A stretch of DNA of 55,719 bases from a virus (Duplodnaviria > Caudoviricetes): the IMG/VR virus record IMGVR_UViG_3300042402_000298, positions 1 through 55,719 of that record. One strand, 5' to 3'. How positions within the stretch are numbered: the first letter of the stretch is position 1; every line of letters begins with the position of its first letter. Below, piece by piece: positions 15,894 to 24,790 of the stretch. Under the pieces are notes generated by a model. It was given only the letters and a program-made list of their open reading frames with translations. It was not told where the DNA came from and did no database searches. The position numbers and the translations under genes are program-made.

Positions 15894-16077
15894 ACCGGTT
15901 TTGGGTTATGACAAGGATGATCAGCCCATTCACGAAACAAAACGTGGCTACGTCTACACGGCGGCCTGCATCCTATGTTGCAAGTGTCGAACAATCATTC
16001 GCGGCTCGGGTGGCCCTAAGCACGGCAGTACGTGCGTCCCATGTTACGAAGCCAAACTCAAGGAGAAGAACACATGA
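15886..16077 (+). CDS. Cys-rich hypothetical with EAKLKEKN tail
   Basis: CxxC..CxxC; shared 3' junction. Confidence 0.65.
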   Translation: MDKPVLGYDKDDQPIHETKRGYVYTAACILCCKCRTIIRGSGGPKHGSTCVPCYEAKLKEKNT

Positions 16078-16286
16078 ACACTGTAGGCGATGGATCAAAT
16101 GGTTACCCGATTAGTCGGATAAGACTTTATAAAGATTGGGTAAGTTTGACAGACAAGGAAATATTGGCAGACGATGTGTTGCGGTATCACTTTGGTTTAA
16201 ATGGCGGCGCAGGGCCAGTATCAAAAAAAGGTAAAGCAATTATTGAAGCAATAGACGCAAAACTAAAGGAGAAAAATCATGGCTAA
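16074..16286 (+). CDS. Hypothetical, WxSLT...DAKLKEKN family
   Basis: Start revised to 16074. Confidence 0.7.
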   Translation: MNTVGDGSNGYPISRIRLYKDWVSLTDKEILADDVLRYHFGLNGGAGPVSKKGKAIIEAIDAKLKEKNHG

Positions 16287-16482
16287 GTTACCTTACACAA
16301 TCACTATCTGCCCAGATGAGCCGAACCCGAAGCAGTTCACGGCATTGACCCCCGCTATCGTCCGAGCTTTGCGCTACACAAACGACTTGACGATTGATCA
16401 GAGGCAGCACGTTTATCCATCAGCTCCACAAGGAATAACGCAAATCAACTGCCACAGGGAGAAAAACAGTGGAACAGGCTGA
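16279..16482 (+). CDS. Hypothetical protein
   Basis: SD AAGGAG; overlaps both neighbours. Confidence 0.65.
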   Translation: MAKLPYTITICPDEPNPKQFTALTPAIVRALRYTNDLTIDQRQHVYPSAPQGITQINCHREKNSGTG

Positions 16483-16654
16483 ATACCAACAGATGATGGA
16501 AGAGCGCCAGCAAATACTCGAAGCAGCATTTGATCGCGCATACACAGGCTTTGCCACCGAAGAAGACTGGGCGGTTCTTCGGTACGAATGTGGCTTATCC
16601 GCCCTGAAGCGAAAGGAAAGTTATGTCTCTCATAGCGAAAGCAGAATCCAATAG
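16469..16654 (+). CDS. Hypothetical protein
   Basis: GTG start with GGAG SD. Confidence 0.65.
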   Translation: MEQAEYQQMMEERQQILEAAFDRAYTGFATEEDWAVLRYECGLSALKRKESYVSHSESRIQ

Positions 16655-17270
16655 TTCAACATTCACCCCTGTACCTGCGGGTATGCACTTGGCACGGTGC
16701 TTTAGGGTTGTCGATCTTGGCACCCAAAAGTCCACCTACATGGGCAAGGATAAGTTCCTGCGCAAGATCATGCTTCAGTTTGAGATCCACTCTGAAGACG
16801 CGCATGGCAACCCTCTGCTGACCGATAAAGGCGAGCCCCTGTCGATTGCTAAGCGCTACACCCTGTCTCTGGCAGAGAAGGCAACCCTGTCTCTTGATCT
16901 GGAGTCATGGAGAGGTGCAGCCTTTACCGCCGATGAGCGCCGTGGGTTTAACCTCGAGAAGCTGCTCGGTGTTTGGGCTATGTTGAACGTCACAAAGAGT
17001 GTCGGCAACGATGGTAAGGAATACACCAACATCGAGACGATCAACCCTGTGCCTGCGCAGATCAAGAAAGCGGGCCTGCCGGAAGGTCATAACGACACCA
17101 TGCTCTACAGCATCGATAACAGCAGCCAACAGGTATTTGACAAGCTGTCTGAAGGCATCAAGAAAACCATCATGAATAGCCCTGAGTGGCAAGAGAGGAT
17201 GGCTAAGAAGGGCAGAGACCCGCTTGATGATGACTTTGCTGATCTTGACTACAAAAACGAACCGTTCTGA
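16623..17270 (+). CDS. Putative single-stranded DNA-binding or annealing protein
   Basis: PAGMHLARCFRVVDLGTQ beta-rich core; acidic tail ending DDDF..EPF typical of SSBs; near an exonuclease. Confidence 0.65.
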   Translation: MSLIAKAESNSSTFTPVPAGMHLARCFRVVDLGTQKSTYMGKDKFLRKIMLQFEIHSEDAHGNPLLTDKGEPLSIAKRYTLSLAEKATLSLDLESWRGAAFTADERRGFNLEKLLGVWAMLNVTKSVGNDGKEYTNIETINPVPAQIKKAGLPEGHNDTMLYSIDNSSQQVFDKLSEGIKKTIMNSPEWQERMAKKGRDPLDDDFADLDYKNEPF

Positions 17271-17277
17271 GGATGAA

Positions 17278-17490
17278 ATGGCTGACGCTCACGCACTTTT
17301 GGATTTCTTAATTGAAGAATACGGGCTGAAGAATGATGCAGCCCTTTCAAGGGCGCTGGGCGTCAAGCCTCCAGCACTCAGCAAGATACGGGCTCGCGTT
17401 ATGGGGGTCAGCGGCGACATGAAGATTCTCATCTACAAGAAGACAGGCATGTCGATTGAAGACATCGAAGGATTTTTGGAGAAGACATGA
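17278..17490 (+). CDS. HTH (XRE-like) regulator
   Basis: KNDAALSRALGVKPPALSKIR; start revised to 17278. Confidence 0.75.
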   Translation: MADAHALLDFLIEEYGLKNDAALSRALGVKPPALSKIRARVMGVSGDMKILIYKKTGMSIEDIEGFLEKT

Positions 17491-17789
17491 CCGTTGCTTC
17501 GACCTCGATAGCAGCCTACGTCGAACACAAAGACACGGGGAAGTTAGGTCGGCAGGCATCCGCAATACTGGAAAGGATGTCGCCGACCGCCGACTACTCG
17601 CGCAAAGAACTTGCAAGGCTTACAGGCTTTGAACTCTCGGCAATCTGCGGGCGAGTCAATGAGCTGTTAGCTGTTGGGATGCTCGAAGAGCTGGCCTCCC
17701 GAAAGTGTTCGATCACAGGCAAGAACATCCACCCAGTCAAACTTAGGACACCACATGTCACTTATAGCCAAACAGGTTCACTCTTCTGA
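17487..17789 (+). CDS. Winged-HTH protein
   Basis: YSRKELARLTGFELSAICGRVNELL. Confidence 0.7.
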   Translation: MTVASTSIAAYVEHKDTGKLGRQASAILERMSPTADYSRKELARLTGFELSAICGRVNELLAVGMLEELASRKCSITGKNIHPVKLRTPHVTYSQTGSLF

Positions 17790-18519
17790 GTCTACACACT
17801 GGTACACCAGAGATGGGGCGCCGATGTACACGGTACCCTCAAAGAAAGATGGCACCCCGCGGAACACCACCCTGCGGGACGCCCGAGAACTCAGCTTAAT
17901 ACCCAGCGTCACCACAATTTTAGGCGTCGCGGCTAAGCCAGCCCTAACCGCTTGGCTGCAGGAGCAGGCGATTTTGGCGGCACTCACCCTACCCAGACTC
18001 CCTGATGAGCCGGAATCCGTCTGGTTAAAGCGCGTCCTGCAAGACTCCAAGCAGCAGGGCAAAGACGCCGCCGATCTGGGCACAGAGATACACGCAGCCG
18101 TACAGGGCTATTACGAGGGCAACAAGGCCTCCGCATACCCGATCCATGTGAAGACATGCGTCGGGGCTATAGAAAGCCGCTACGGGGCTAAAAACTGGAT
18201 TGCCGAGCGTTCTTTTGCCCACGAGATGGGCTTCGGCGGGAAGGTGGACTTGCACTGCGAGGACATGGTCATCGACATTAAGACTAAAGACTTCGACGAC
18301 CCCAAGAAAGTCATCGCTTATGACGAACACATGATGCAGCTTGCTGCCTACCGAGTAGGGCTAGGGATCCCCACAGCCCGGTGCGCGAACGTCGTCATCT
18401 CCCGCACTAACCCGGATCAGGTAGTGGTGGTGGACTGGGCAGAAGAGGATCTGCAACGGGGCTGGGAGATGTTCTGCAGCCTTCTGCGGTACTGGCAAAT
18501 CAAAAACCAACATGAATAA
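17755..18519 (+). CDS. PD-(D/E)xK exonuclease (RecB/Cas4/lambda-exo superfamily)
   Basis: PSVTTIL, GTEIH, E..GGKVDL..IDIKT, QLAAY; start revised to 17755 (SD AGGA). Confidence 0.85.
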   Translation: MSLIAKQVHSSESTHWYTRDGAPMYTVPSKKDGTPRNTTLRDARELSLIPSVTTILGVAAKPALTAWLQEQAILAALTLPRLPDEPESVWLKRVLQDSKQQGKDAADLGTEIHAAVQGYYEGNKASAYPIHVKTCVGAIESRYGAKNWIAERSFAHEMGFGGKVDLHCEDMVIDIKTKDFDDPKKVIAYDEHMMQLAAYRVGLGIPTARCANVVISRTNPDQVVVVDWAEEDLQRGWEMFCSLLRYWQIKNQHE

Positions 18520-18531
18520 GAGGACACGGTC

Positions 18532-18906
18532 ATGTTAGAAATTCAGCGAACTACTTTAACGAAGGCGATCAAGTTACTTAACTCTATTGGGGCTGAGTAC
18601 GCCATCATCGTGGGTGAAGAAAAGCACGGCACATTAGAAGTCGTCACAAAGAAGCAGAAAGCCACACACGGGAAGAAAGCGTTCTCCCATCTTTATGGAA
18701 GAAATGTCTTGCGTGAGTACGTTAGGCCATACATTGACCCGTTAAAGGTTGGAGACGTTGCTCAAATCCCTCCCGGTCAATTCATGCGTGAGGCCATAGC
18801 CGCTGCAGCAGCCTCTTACGCGCATCAGGTGTTTGGCAAGGGCGGTCATACAGGTAGGCAAGACTATGAAAACAATGTCTACGAACTTTTACGATTGGAG
18901 AACTGA
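18532..18906 (+). CDS. Hypothetical protein
   Basis: SD GAGG, 124 aa. Confidence 0.75.
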   Translation: MLEIQRTTLTKAIKLLNSIGAEYAIIVGEEKHGTLEVVTKKQKATHGKKAFSHLYGRNVLREYVRPYIDPLKVGDVAQIPPGQFMREAIAAAAASYAHQVFGKGGHTGRQDYENNVYELLRLEN

Positions 18907-19152
18907 ATGGAATTGCGCGAAGAAGCACAGAAGTACGTCAACGAAGACACAATCAGGCAGGCTTACTTTCAGTGCAATAACAACCTGAAAGATGGCATCT
19001 ACCCCGAAGAGATCGAGCTGATCGAATACTCAGAGAAGCTGATCTTGATTGCCGGGCCACAGATTGCTAAGGCTGAACGAGAAGAGTGCCTGAAGATTGT
19101 CGAGGCGTTAAACCCGGAGGTGGCTCGCGTCTTACGGGAACGTCGGGGCTAA
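18907..19152 (+). CDS. Hypothetical protein (EREEC variant motif)
   Basis: Abuts upstream stop; last + strand gene. Confidence 0.7.
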   Translation: MELREEAQKYVNEDTIRQAYFQCNNNLKDGIYPEEIELIEYSEKLILIAGPQIAKAEREECLKIVEALNPEVARVLRERRG

Positions 19153-19212
19153 AAAAACCCCGAGAGGGAGAATCTCGGGGTAAACATCACTCCCCTGTCG
19201 CTAGGGGTGATG
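19151..19212 (-). terminator. Terminator region at the convergence of the two transcription blocks
   Basis: ACCCCGAGA/TCTCGGGGT hairpin (19157-19181) followed by T7 on - strand; second hairpin 19185-19212. Confidence 0.75.
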
Positions 19213-19215
19213 CAG

Positions 19216-20631
19216 CTACTTTTCCATAACACTAGGTACAGGAGGCAGCATCATCTTGACCGGAAGCATCCCCAGCGCACCAAGGGTGCCGACGCCTTTA
19301 ATTGTCGCGGTCACAGGATTAACCGGTGGCACCATCGACATCGTGTTCATCAGGCCTGAGATACCGTGGACTGCAGCCCCCAATGGGTCTTTGCGGTCAA
19401 ACGCCTCAGTGATGTCATAGAACGCACCAGCACCAGCTAAAGCATTCATCGTGGTCGGGCCAAGTAATGGAATCCGGCTAGGTGCAGCCATCTGGTAGCC
19501 AAACTTAGCCAGCGGGCTGATGTTCGCCTGCATAGGTACGTTCAAACCCCGGCCTACTGCGTTACGGGCTGTGCGCTCCATCCTGCGGAGCTGCTCAAGC
19601 CGTGCGGTGAATTGGGACGCATCCTTACCTAACCGAGTCAGACGGGCTACCTCGGCCTCTACAGAGGCGATCTGAGGCTGCAGAACACTTAGAGCCTCTT
19701 TGGCTACCCTTGCCTGCTCCGCAGCCTGTGCGGCCTCTCTAGCGCCCACAGCAGCCGCCTCTTGCGGGGGAAGCATCAACTGCCCCTGACCGCGACCAGC
19801 CAACTGAAACTGACCGCCGCCAAGCTGCTTAATCTTCTCAAGGCGCTCGAGATCCTGCCTAATTAGGTTCTGTGCCCCTTTGGGGCTGCTTTTGGTCATG
19901 TCCTCAGCCGAGGCGATCAATTGTTCAGGCAATTGATGTTCAGCCCCAGCCATCGCCCGCATCCAATTCGCAGGCGCAGAACCGCCGGGGACTTTCTCAC
20001 CTGAAAGGCGGGTCGGGAAGCCACCAAGGTCACCCAGCTCAGGCACCATACCAGCAGCAGCACGAGCAGCCTCTGCCTCAGACTGCAAGGCACCAAGCTG
20101 AGCCTGCTGGCCTTCGAGAACCTTCGGCATCATCTGTCGAGCCAAGTCGATCAGACCCTTCTCATCTTTGACGCCCATCACATTGACGCCAGCCTCAGAC
20201 AAGACGTTTCGGATCGACCGGGCGTACAGCTCGCGCTGGAGCTTATCAGGGGAGCGGAAGTAGCCCTCGAGCAGACCCTTTACAGCCCCAGCACCCGCAC
20301 CATAGCCAGCCATCGTGGTTGAGCTTGAGCCTGCTGCTTGAGGGGCTGCAATTTCAGGCACCTCACCCGATACAGGCTGGAAAATGCTTTGAGGAGCTTC
20401 AGCTACAGCCTCTTCCATTGGAGCTTCTGCAGGGGCTTCCACAGGCGCAGGAGCGACTTCTACCGCAGGTTCTTCAAGACCAAACTTCTGGCGAATCAAT
20501 GCCTGCGTCTCAGCATCCGCATTTGCGTAGTTCGGGTCTTTGGCTACCTTGCGGGCAAAGATTCGTTGGCGCTCTTCAGGAGACGCCTGCTGCCACTCTT
20601 TGCTTGCGCGAATTTCTGATCCTGTTGGCAT
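19216..20631 (-). CDS. Putative internal virion (ejection) protein
   Basis: Ala/Gly/Gln-rich, helical, C-terminal hydrophobic segments; end of podoviral structural block. Confidence 0.6.
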   Translation of the reverse strand: MPTGSEIRASKEWQQASPEERQRIFARKVAKDPNYANADAETQALIRQKFGLEEPAVEVAPAPVEAPAEAPMEEAVAEAPQSIFQPVSGEVPEIAAPQAAGSSSTTMAGYGAGAGAVKGLLEGYFRSPDKLQRELYARSIRNVLSEAGVNVMGVKDEKGLIDLARQMMPKVLEGQQAQLGALQSEAEAARAAAGMVPELGDLGGFPTRLSGEKVPGGSAPANWMRAMAGAEHQLPEQLIASAEDMTKSSPKGAQNLIRQDLERLEKIKQLGGGQFQLAGRGQGQLMLPPQEAAAVGAREAAQAAEQARVAKEALSVLQPQIASVEAEVARLTRLGKDASQFTARLEQLRRMERTARNAVGRGLNVPMQANISPLAKFGYQMAAPSRIPLLGPTTMNALAGAGAFYDITEAFDRKDPLGAAVHGISGLMNTMSMVPPVNPVTATIKGVGTLGALGMLPVKMMLPPVPSVMEK

Positions 20632-20638
20632 GTCTCAC

Positions 20639-22594
20639 CTATTGAGCAAGCGGGTTGTCGGCGCCTCGGGCCGGAGTTGCATTCGACGGCGCACGACCTG
20701 ATGGAGCTGGCGCAGCGCGACGTGGGAAATACTTTGTGCGTAGGTCTTTCATCACGCCATCGTACTCTTTGACCATCTGCTTGTACTCTTTCGAGTCGTA
20801 GAACATAGAGCCAGCTTCACTCGGATTAGCTTTGCGCCATGCGTTGTAACGAGACATCGTCTCTTTGTCGAACTGCGCACGGTACTTCAGCAGCTCTGCA
20901 GTTGCCATCGCAGACTTAATTGGGCTATCGAGGCCAGAAGCAACATCACCAATCAACCGACGCTCAGCATCCGACACAGAGCCCTGACCAGACAAGTCTC
21001 TTTTGGCAACCTGCAGTTTCAACTCGCCGTAGATACGCATAGCTTCAGCCGCAGCATCGATCTGATCCTGCGTCATGTTGGCTTTCTTCAGCGCACTCTC
21101 AAGTGCAGGCAAGCCCACGTTGAAGTTGCCAACCTGCAGACCTTCCTTCAAGAATTGAATCGTAGCGTTCTTGATGCCGGGGCCGCTGAACATACCCCAT
21201 GCACCCTTGTAGGCTGGGTTATTCATCAGCTCAAGCAATGTGTCGGAGTTCTGGATCAAGCTCTCTGCAGAACGCCCAGCACCGCGGATAGTCTCATCTA
21301 GTGCAATGGTTGCCTTAGCTTCGTTCTCGACAAGCTGCTTCTCACGAGCCTCTCGTACAGATCTTTGCTCAACGCTTTCAACCGCCGCAGGTGCGCCTAC
21401 GGCACCAAGGGTTGCGCCTTTAACTTTGACGCCAGCCTCTGGATAGTTTTCATTAAAGAATTGTTGTAAGGCATTGCTACCCTTTGACTTAGCTACTCGG
21501 TAGTCATCCCATGTAACGCGGTCAGTTGTGAACTTGCCCGGCCCTAATTCAGGGATCGGCACCTCAATCGGCGACTGCGAGAACCTTGCCTTTGCGCGTT
21601 CCTTCTTCAGCTCAAGCTCGCTTTCAGTCATGAAGCGCGGAACTTTCGGGTCGTCATAGTTCAAATTCAGCGGAACATTGAACTTCTTGTATGCATCCTT
21701 CACATCATCAAATGTCTTGGCGTCGTCTAATGCCTTCCAGAAAGCCATAGGCATTTCAATGGCACCAACGCCCGGCGCATAACGCTTGACGCTCTGCTCT
21801 TTAGCAACAACCTCACGCTCCTTACGAGCGCCTTCCTGCTTGGAAAGCTCAAGCTGCTGGAGTTCTTTTGCCAGATTGACTTCTTTAATCTCCAGCTCAC
21901 GACCCTGCCTGAAAGCAGTTCTGTAATCATTCAGAACTTTGCCCACCTTTGGATTAAAGGCTGAAATGATGGCAATCTGTTCGTCAGTTGCTCGAGCAAT
22001 TGCATTTCGAGGAATCGCTTGAGGCAGCGAAAGCTCAGGCATAGCCTTGACTGCATCAGCAGCAGTCGCCTTCTTTGGTTCAGCAGGCTCAGCGCCAACA
22101 ACCGGTGGCTTTGCTTCAGTTGGTGCTGCAGCCAATGTAATAGGTGCCCCAACAGCAGGAGCCTCCGCAGCAGGCGCAGCGGGGGCTGCAGGCATCGCAA
22201 GGTTGCCGGACATCTCGCCAGAGAACATATCTGCCAGCAGTTGATCGCCCATGATGTCACGCTTCTGCTGTTGGGCAGCAAGCTCAAGCTCGTAACCCAT
22301 CTTGGCTTCTTCTTGCTGGCGCTTTAGTTGCTTCTCCATCTCTTCGGCATAACCAGACATGCCATAACCAAAAGATTCACCAAAGCTGCCAGTTTTAGTA
22401 GGAGCAAGAAGACCTTGCGCTAATCTCATCAACGCAGGATCAAACGGCATCTGCTGACGCGCATTGATTAAGTTCATCAGGCGCGTCCGGTGCTGATCCA
22501 GAATCTGCTGGCTCTCGCTGGTTTGCTTTTGCAACTTCTGAGCAAAAGTCAGCGGGCCTTTTACCTCTTCATCTTTTACATCAGCCATGATCAA
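20639..22594 (-). CDS. Putative DNA ejection protein
   Basis: Coiled coils; GQGSVSDAERR motif; position. Confidence 0.6.
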   Translation of the reverse strand: MIMADVKDEEVKGPLTFAQKLQKQTSESQQILDQHRTRLMNLINARQQMPFDPALMRLAQGLLAPTKTGSFGESFGYGMSGYAEEMEKQLKRQQEEAKMGYELELAAQQQKRDIMGDQLLADMFSGEMSGNLAMPAAPAAPAAEAPAVGAPITLAAAPTEAKPPVVGAEPAEPKKATAADAVKAMPELSLPQAIPRNAIARATDEQIAIISAFNPKVGKVLNDYRTAFRQGRELEIKEVNLAKELQQLELSKQEGARKEREVVAKEQSVKRYAPGVGAIEMPMAFWKALDDAKTFDDVKDAYKKFNVPLNLNYDDPKVPRFMTESELELKKERAKARFSQSPIEVPIPELGPGKFTTDRVTWDDYRVAKSKGSNALQQFFNENYPEAGVKVKGATLGAVGAPAAVESVEQRSVREAREKQLVENEAKATIALDETIRGAGRSAESLIQNSDTLLELMNNPAYKGAWGMFSGPGIKNATIQFLKEGLQVGNFNVGLPALESALKKANMTQDQIDAAAEAMRIYGELKLQVAKRDLSGQGSVSDAERRLIGDVASGLDSPIKSAMATAELLKYRAQFDKETMSRYNAWRKANPSEAGSMFYDSKEYKQMVKEYDGVMKDLRTKYFPRRAAPAPSGRAPSNATPARGADNPLAQ

Positions 22595-22600
22595 TTACCC

Positions 22601-23473
22601 TTAACTGGTTTTTGTCGGGATAGCCGTCACACCTGTTGAAGCAGGCGTAAACGCAGTACCGCCAGCAAAGCTACCAAGCGCTGCCAAGAGACCCGTAATC
22701 TGCGCCAATGGGCTACCAGCGTAACCTTGAGAGCCGACACGCTGCTCTGTTGTACTCATTGGGATCTGGTATCCCTGCAGCAACTTGGCAAAGTTCTGCG
22801 CCTGCGCCATCGGGTAATCCAATTCGCGTTGCGCTTGAGCTTGCTCAGTCTGACCCAAGGTGCCCAAAGTTTCCAGACCCTTGATACCCCCGGCCTGCTG
22901 GATCTGACCCAAGCCACCTAACGTCTGACCTGCCTGCATTTGTCTTTGCAGATCCGCTTGCGCATTCGTTATTGCGTTTTGATAGCCAGTCTGCAAAGCA
23001 CTCTGCTGTTGACCTAGCAAGTTAGCCTGCATGTCTCTCAAAGACTGACCAGTGGCTTGAAACTGTCTCTGTGAGCCAAATTGACCCATAGAACCTGCAG
23101 CCCCTTTAAGGGCAGGCATGATGTTCTCGCGGATATTACGGCCCTGTAGACGCGCCATCTCATCGACGACGTTCTGCTGGTACGGGTTCATGTACTGGTT
23201 GACTAGCTGGGGCGCGGCTGTGGTGCCTGCAGCGGTCGCTAAGTTAGCCCCCGTACCCATCGTACCCATACCGGCAAAAGCCGCCTGTGGGGCCATCTGC
23301 ATAGCCTGCATTTGAAGCGGTGACAGACCAGCCACACCACCCATCTGCACACCCGCCTGACCCAAGTTGGCGATGTCTTGCAGGTAGTTGGTATAGAACT
23401 CGGGCGCTACCTGTCCCCGTTGGGTAATCTCGGTAGTTGCTGGTAGCGGACTACCTTGGAAAATGTCAGCCAT
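22601..23473 (-). CDS. Putative DNA ejection (pilot) protein
   Basis: Gln/Gly-rich; YMNPYQQNVVD and QFGSQR motifs typical of podoviral pilot proteins. Confidence 0.65.
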   Translation of the reverse strand: MADIFQGSPLPATTEITQRGQVAPEFYTNYLQDIANLGQAGVQMGGVAGLSPLQMQAMQMAPQAAFAGMGTMGTGANLATAAGTTAAPQLVNQYMNPYQQNVVDEMARLQGRNIRENIMPALKGAAGSMGQFGSQRQFQATGQSLRDMQANLLGQQQSALQTGYQNAITNAQADLQRQMQAGQTLGGLGQIQQAGGIKGLETLGTLGQTEQAQAQRELDYPMAQAQNFAKLLQGYQIPMSTTEQRVGSQGYAGSPLAQITGLLAALGSFAGGTAFTPASTGVTAIPTKTS

Positions 23474-24782
23474 GCTTCTTGCTCCTTGATTGAGCTTGCT
23501 TCAGATATTGTAGGGGCGACTTGGATGGCGGCGGGATTTTATCCACCGGGGCAGAGCGTTTATGCGCCCTGATCTCTTCACGGAACTTGTCTAATAGGTC
23601 AGAACCAGCCTTCGTGGAGCCATTACCCAACTGGGCTACGGTATCCGCGTCAAAGACATACTCGCCGTCAGCCAGCATTGCAGGGATGTCATCAGATTGA
23701 CCATCACCTTCGCCAGATACGCGGGAACCAGCACGATAGTCGTGACGGCCTTCGACCGTCGGAACATGTAGACCACCGTGGGCATAGCCACCGTCGGCAT
23801 AACCCTCTTGGGCATAATTAGCCTCAGCCATTTGTTGCATGACCTGCTGAGGGTCTACCGCAGTACCGTAAGTGTAGAAGCTAGGCTCAGGCGGCATACC
23901 GCCATCAGCCATCAAAGGCGTAGCCATGCCGCCACCAGCCATGTCCTGATCAATCAAGCCACCGTCTTTGTTCTGACTAGGGCTGCGCCAGTAAGTGTCA
24001 AAAGAACTTCCCCCAGAAGGAAAAGTGAAGTAACTGCTGCTGCCAGAGGTGCCGGGCGAGTTGCTCGATACAGAAGTCGAGCCATCTGAATAAGTGGTAA
24101 CCGTTCGACCAAAAGAATCAATAAAGTCCCCAGTTGCCGTCTTGCCTGAAGGCCCAGTTGCCCAGTTGTATAACTTTGACAACCCGCCACCAATCAAATC
24201 GAGAATGCCTGTACCACCTCCACCCGTCCCACCAGCGCCACCTGCTGTGCCCGTGCCGCCCGATGTTTGAGATGGAAACAGATACCCCGCGGCAGCACCC
24301 AACAAAGCCCCAGTCAAGGGGCTAATGTTTTGTGTGGACTTTGGCGTTAAGTTAATTGTTGGGATTACTTGACTGCCAGACCCAGCGCTAGTCACAGTCA
24401 CTGGCGCCCTGTTAGTTAAATGAGCAGGCGTTGCAGACATAGCCGCCTGAGATACTGCAGGCGCCAAACCGGGAATGCCGCCCATAGCCGTTGTCTGCTC
24501 ATCACTCAAACCTGACAAGCCGCCACGGGTGCCATATTGCGAATAGGGGATAAAGCGAGCTGGGCCGATTGTAGTGGTTCGTGGCGCTATTTTGAGCTGC
24601 GACAGATCAATCGGTCTGGCAACACCACCGGGCTCTTGATACTGGCTCAGGATGTTGCTCATTAAGGCGCCAAGCGCCGCCCCTTTGGCTGGGGTGGAGG
24701 AGACAACGTCCTTAAAGAGCTGACCTAAGTCAACACCAGCATCTGTTGGCGCGGATGTTGTCGTTACGGTTTCATCTGCCAT
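23466..24782 (-). CDS. Putative ejection protein with a tape-measure-like C-terminal motif
   Basis: MADGG/YADGG motifs followed by GEGDGQSDDIPAMLADGEYV. Confidence 0.6.
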   Translation of the reverse strand: MADETVTTTSAPTDAGVDLGQLFKDVVSSTPAKGAALGALMSNILSQYQEPGGVARPIDLSQLKIAPRTTTIGPARFIPYSQYGTRGGLSGLSDEQTTAMGGIPGLAPAVSQAAMSATPAHLTNRAPVTVTSAGSGSQVIPTINLTPKSTQNISPLTGALLGAAAGYLFPSQTSGGTGTAGGAGGTGGGGTGILDLIGGGLSKLYNWATGPSGKTATGDFIDSFGRTVTTYSDGSTSVSSNSPGTSGSSSYFTFPSGGSSFDTYWRSPSQNKDGGLIDQDMAGGGMATPLMADGGMPPEPSFYTYGTAVDPQQVMQQMAEANYAQEGYADGGYAHGGLHVPTVEGRHDYRAGSRVSGEGDGQSDDIPAMLADGEYVFDADTVAQLGNGSTKAGSDLLDKFREEIRAHKRSAPVDKIPPPSKSPLQYLKQAQSRSKKHG

Positions 24783-24790
24783 AATTCCCT

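Noticed and set aside
14417-16482. CRISPR-like or attC-like array
   Set aside because: Repeats are degenerate, coding, irregularly spaced and non-palindromic; no cas or integrase gene recognised
17755-18519. Cas4 as part of a CRISPR system
   Set aside because: No Fe-S cysteine cluster pattern and no array; an ordinary phage PD-(D/E)xK exonuclease
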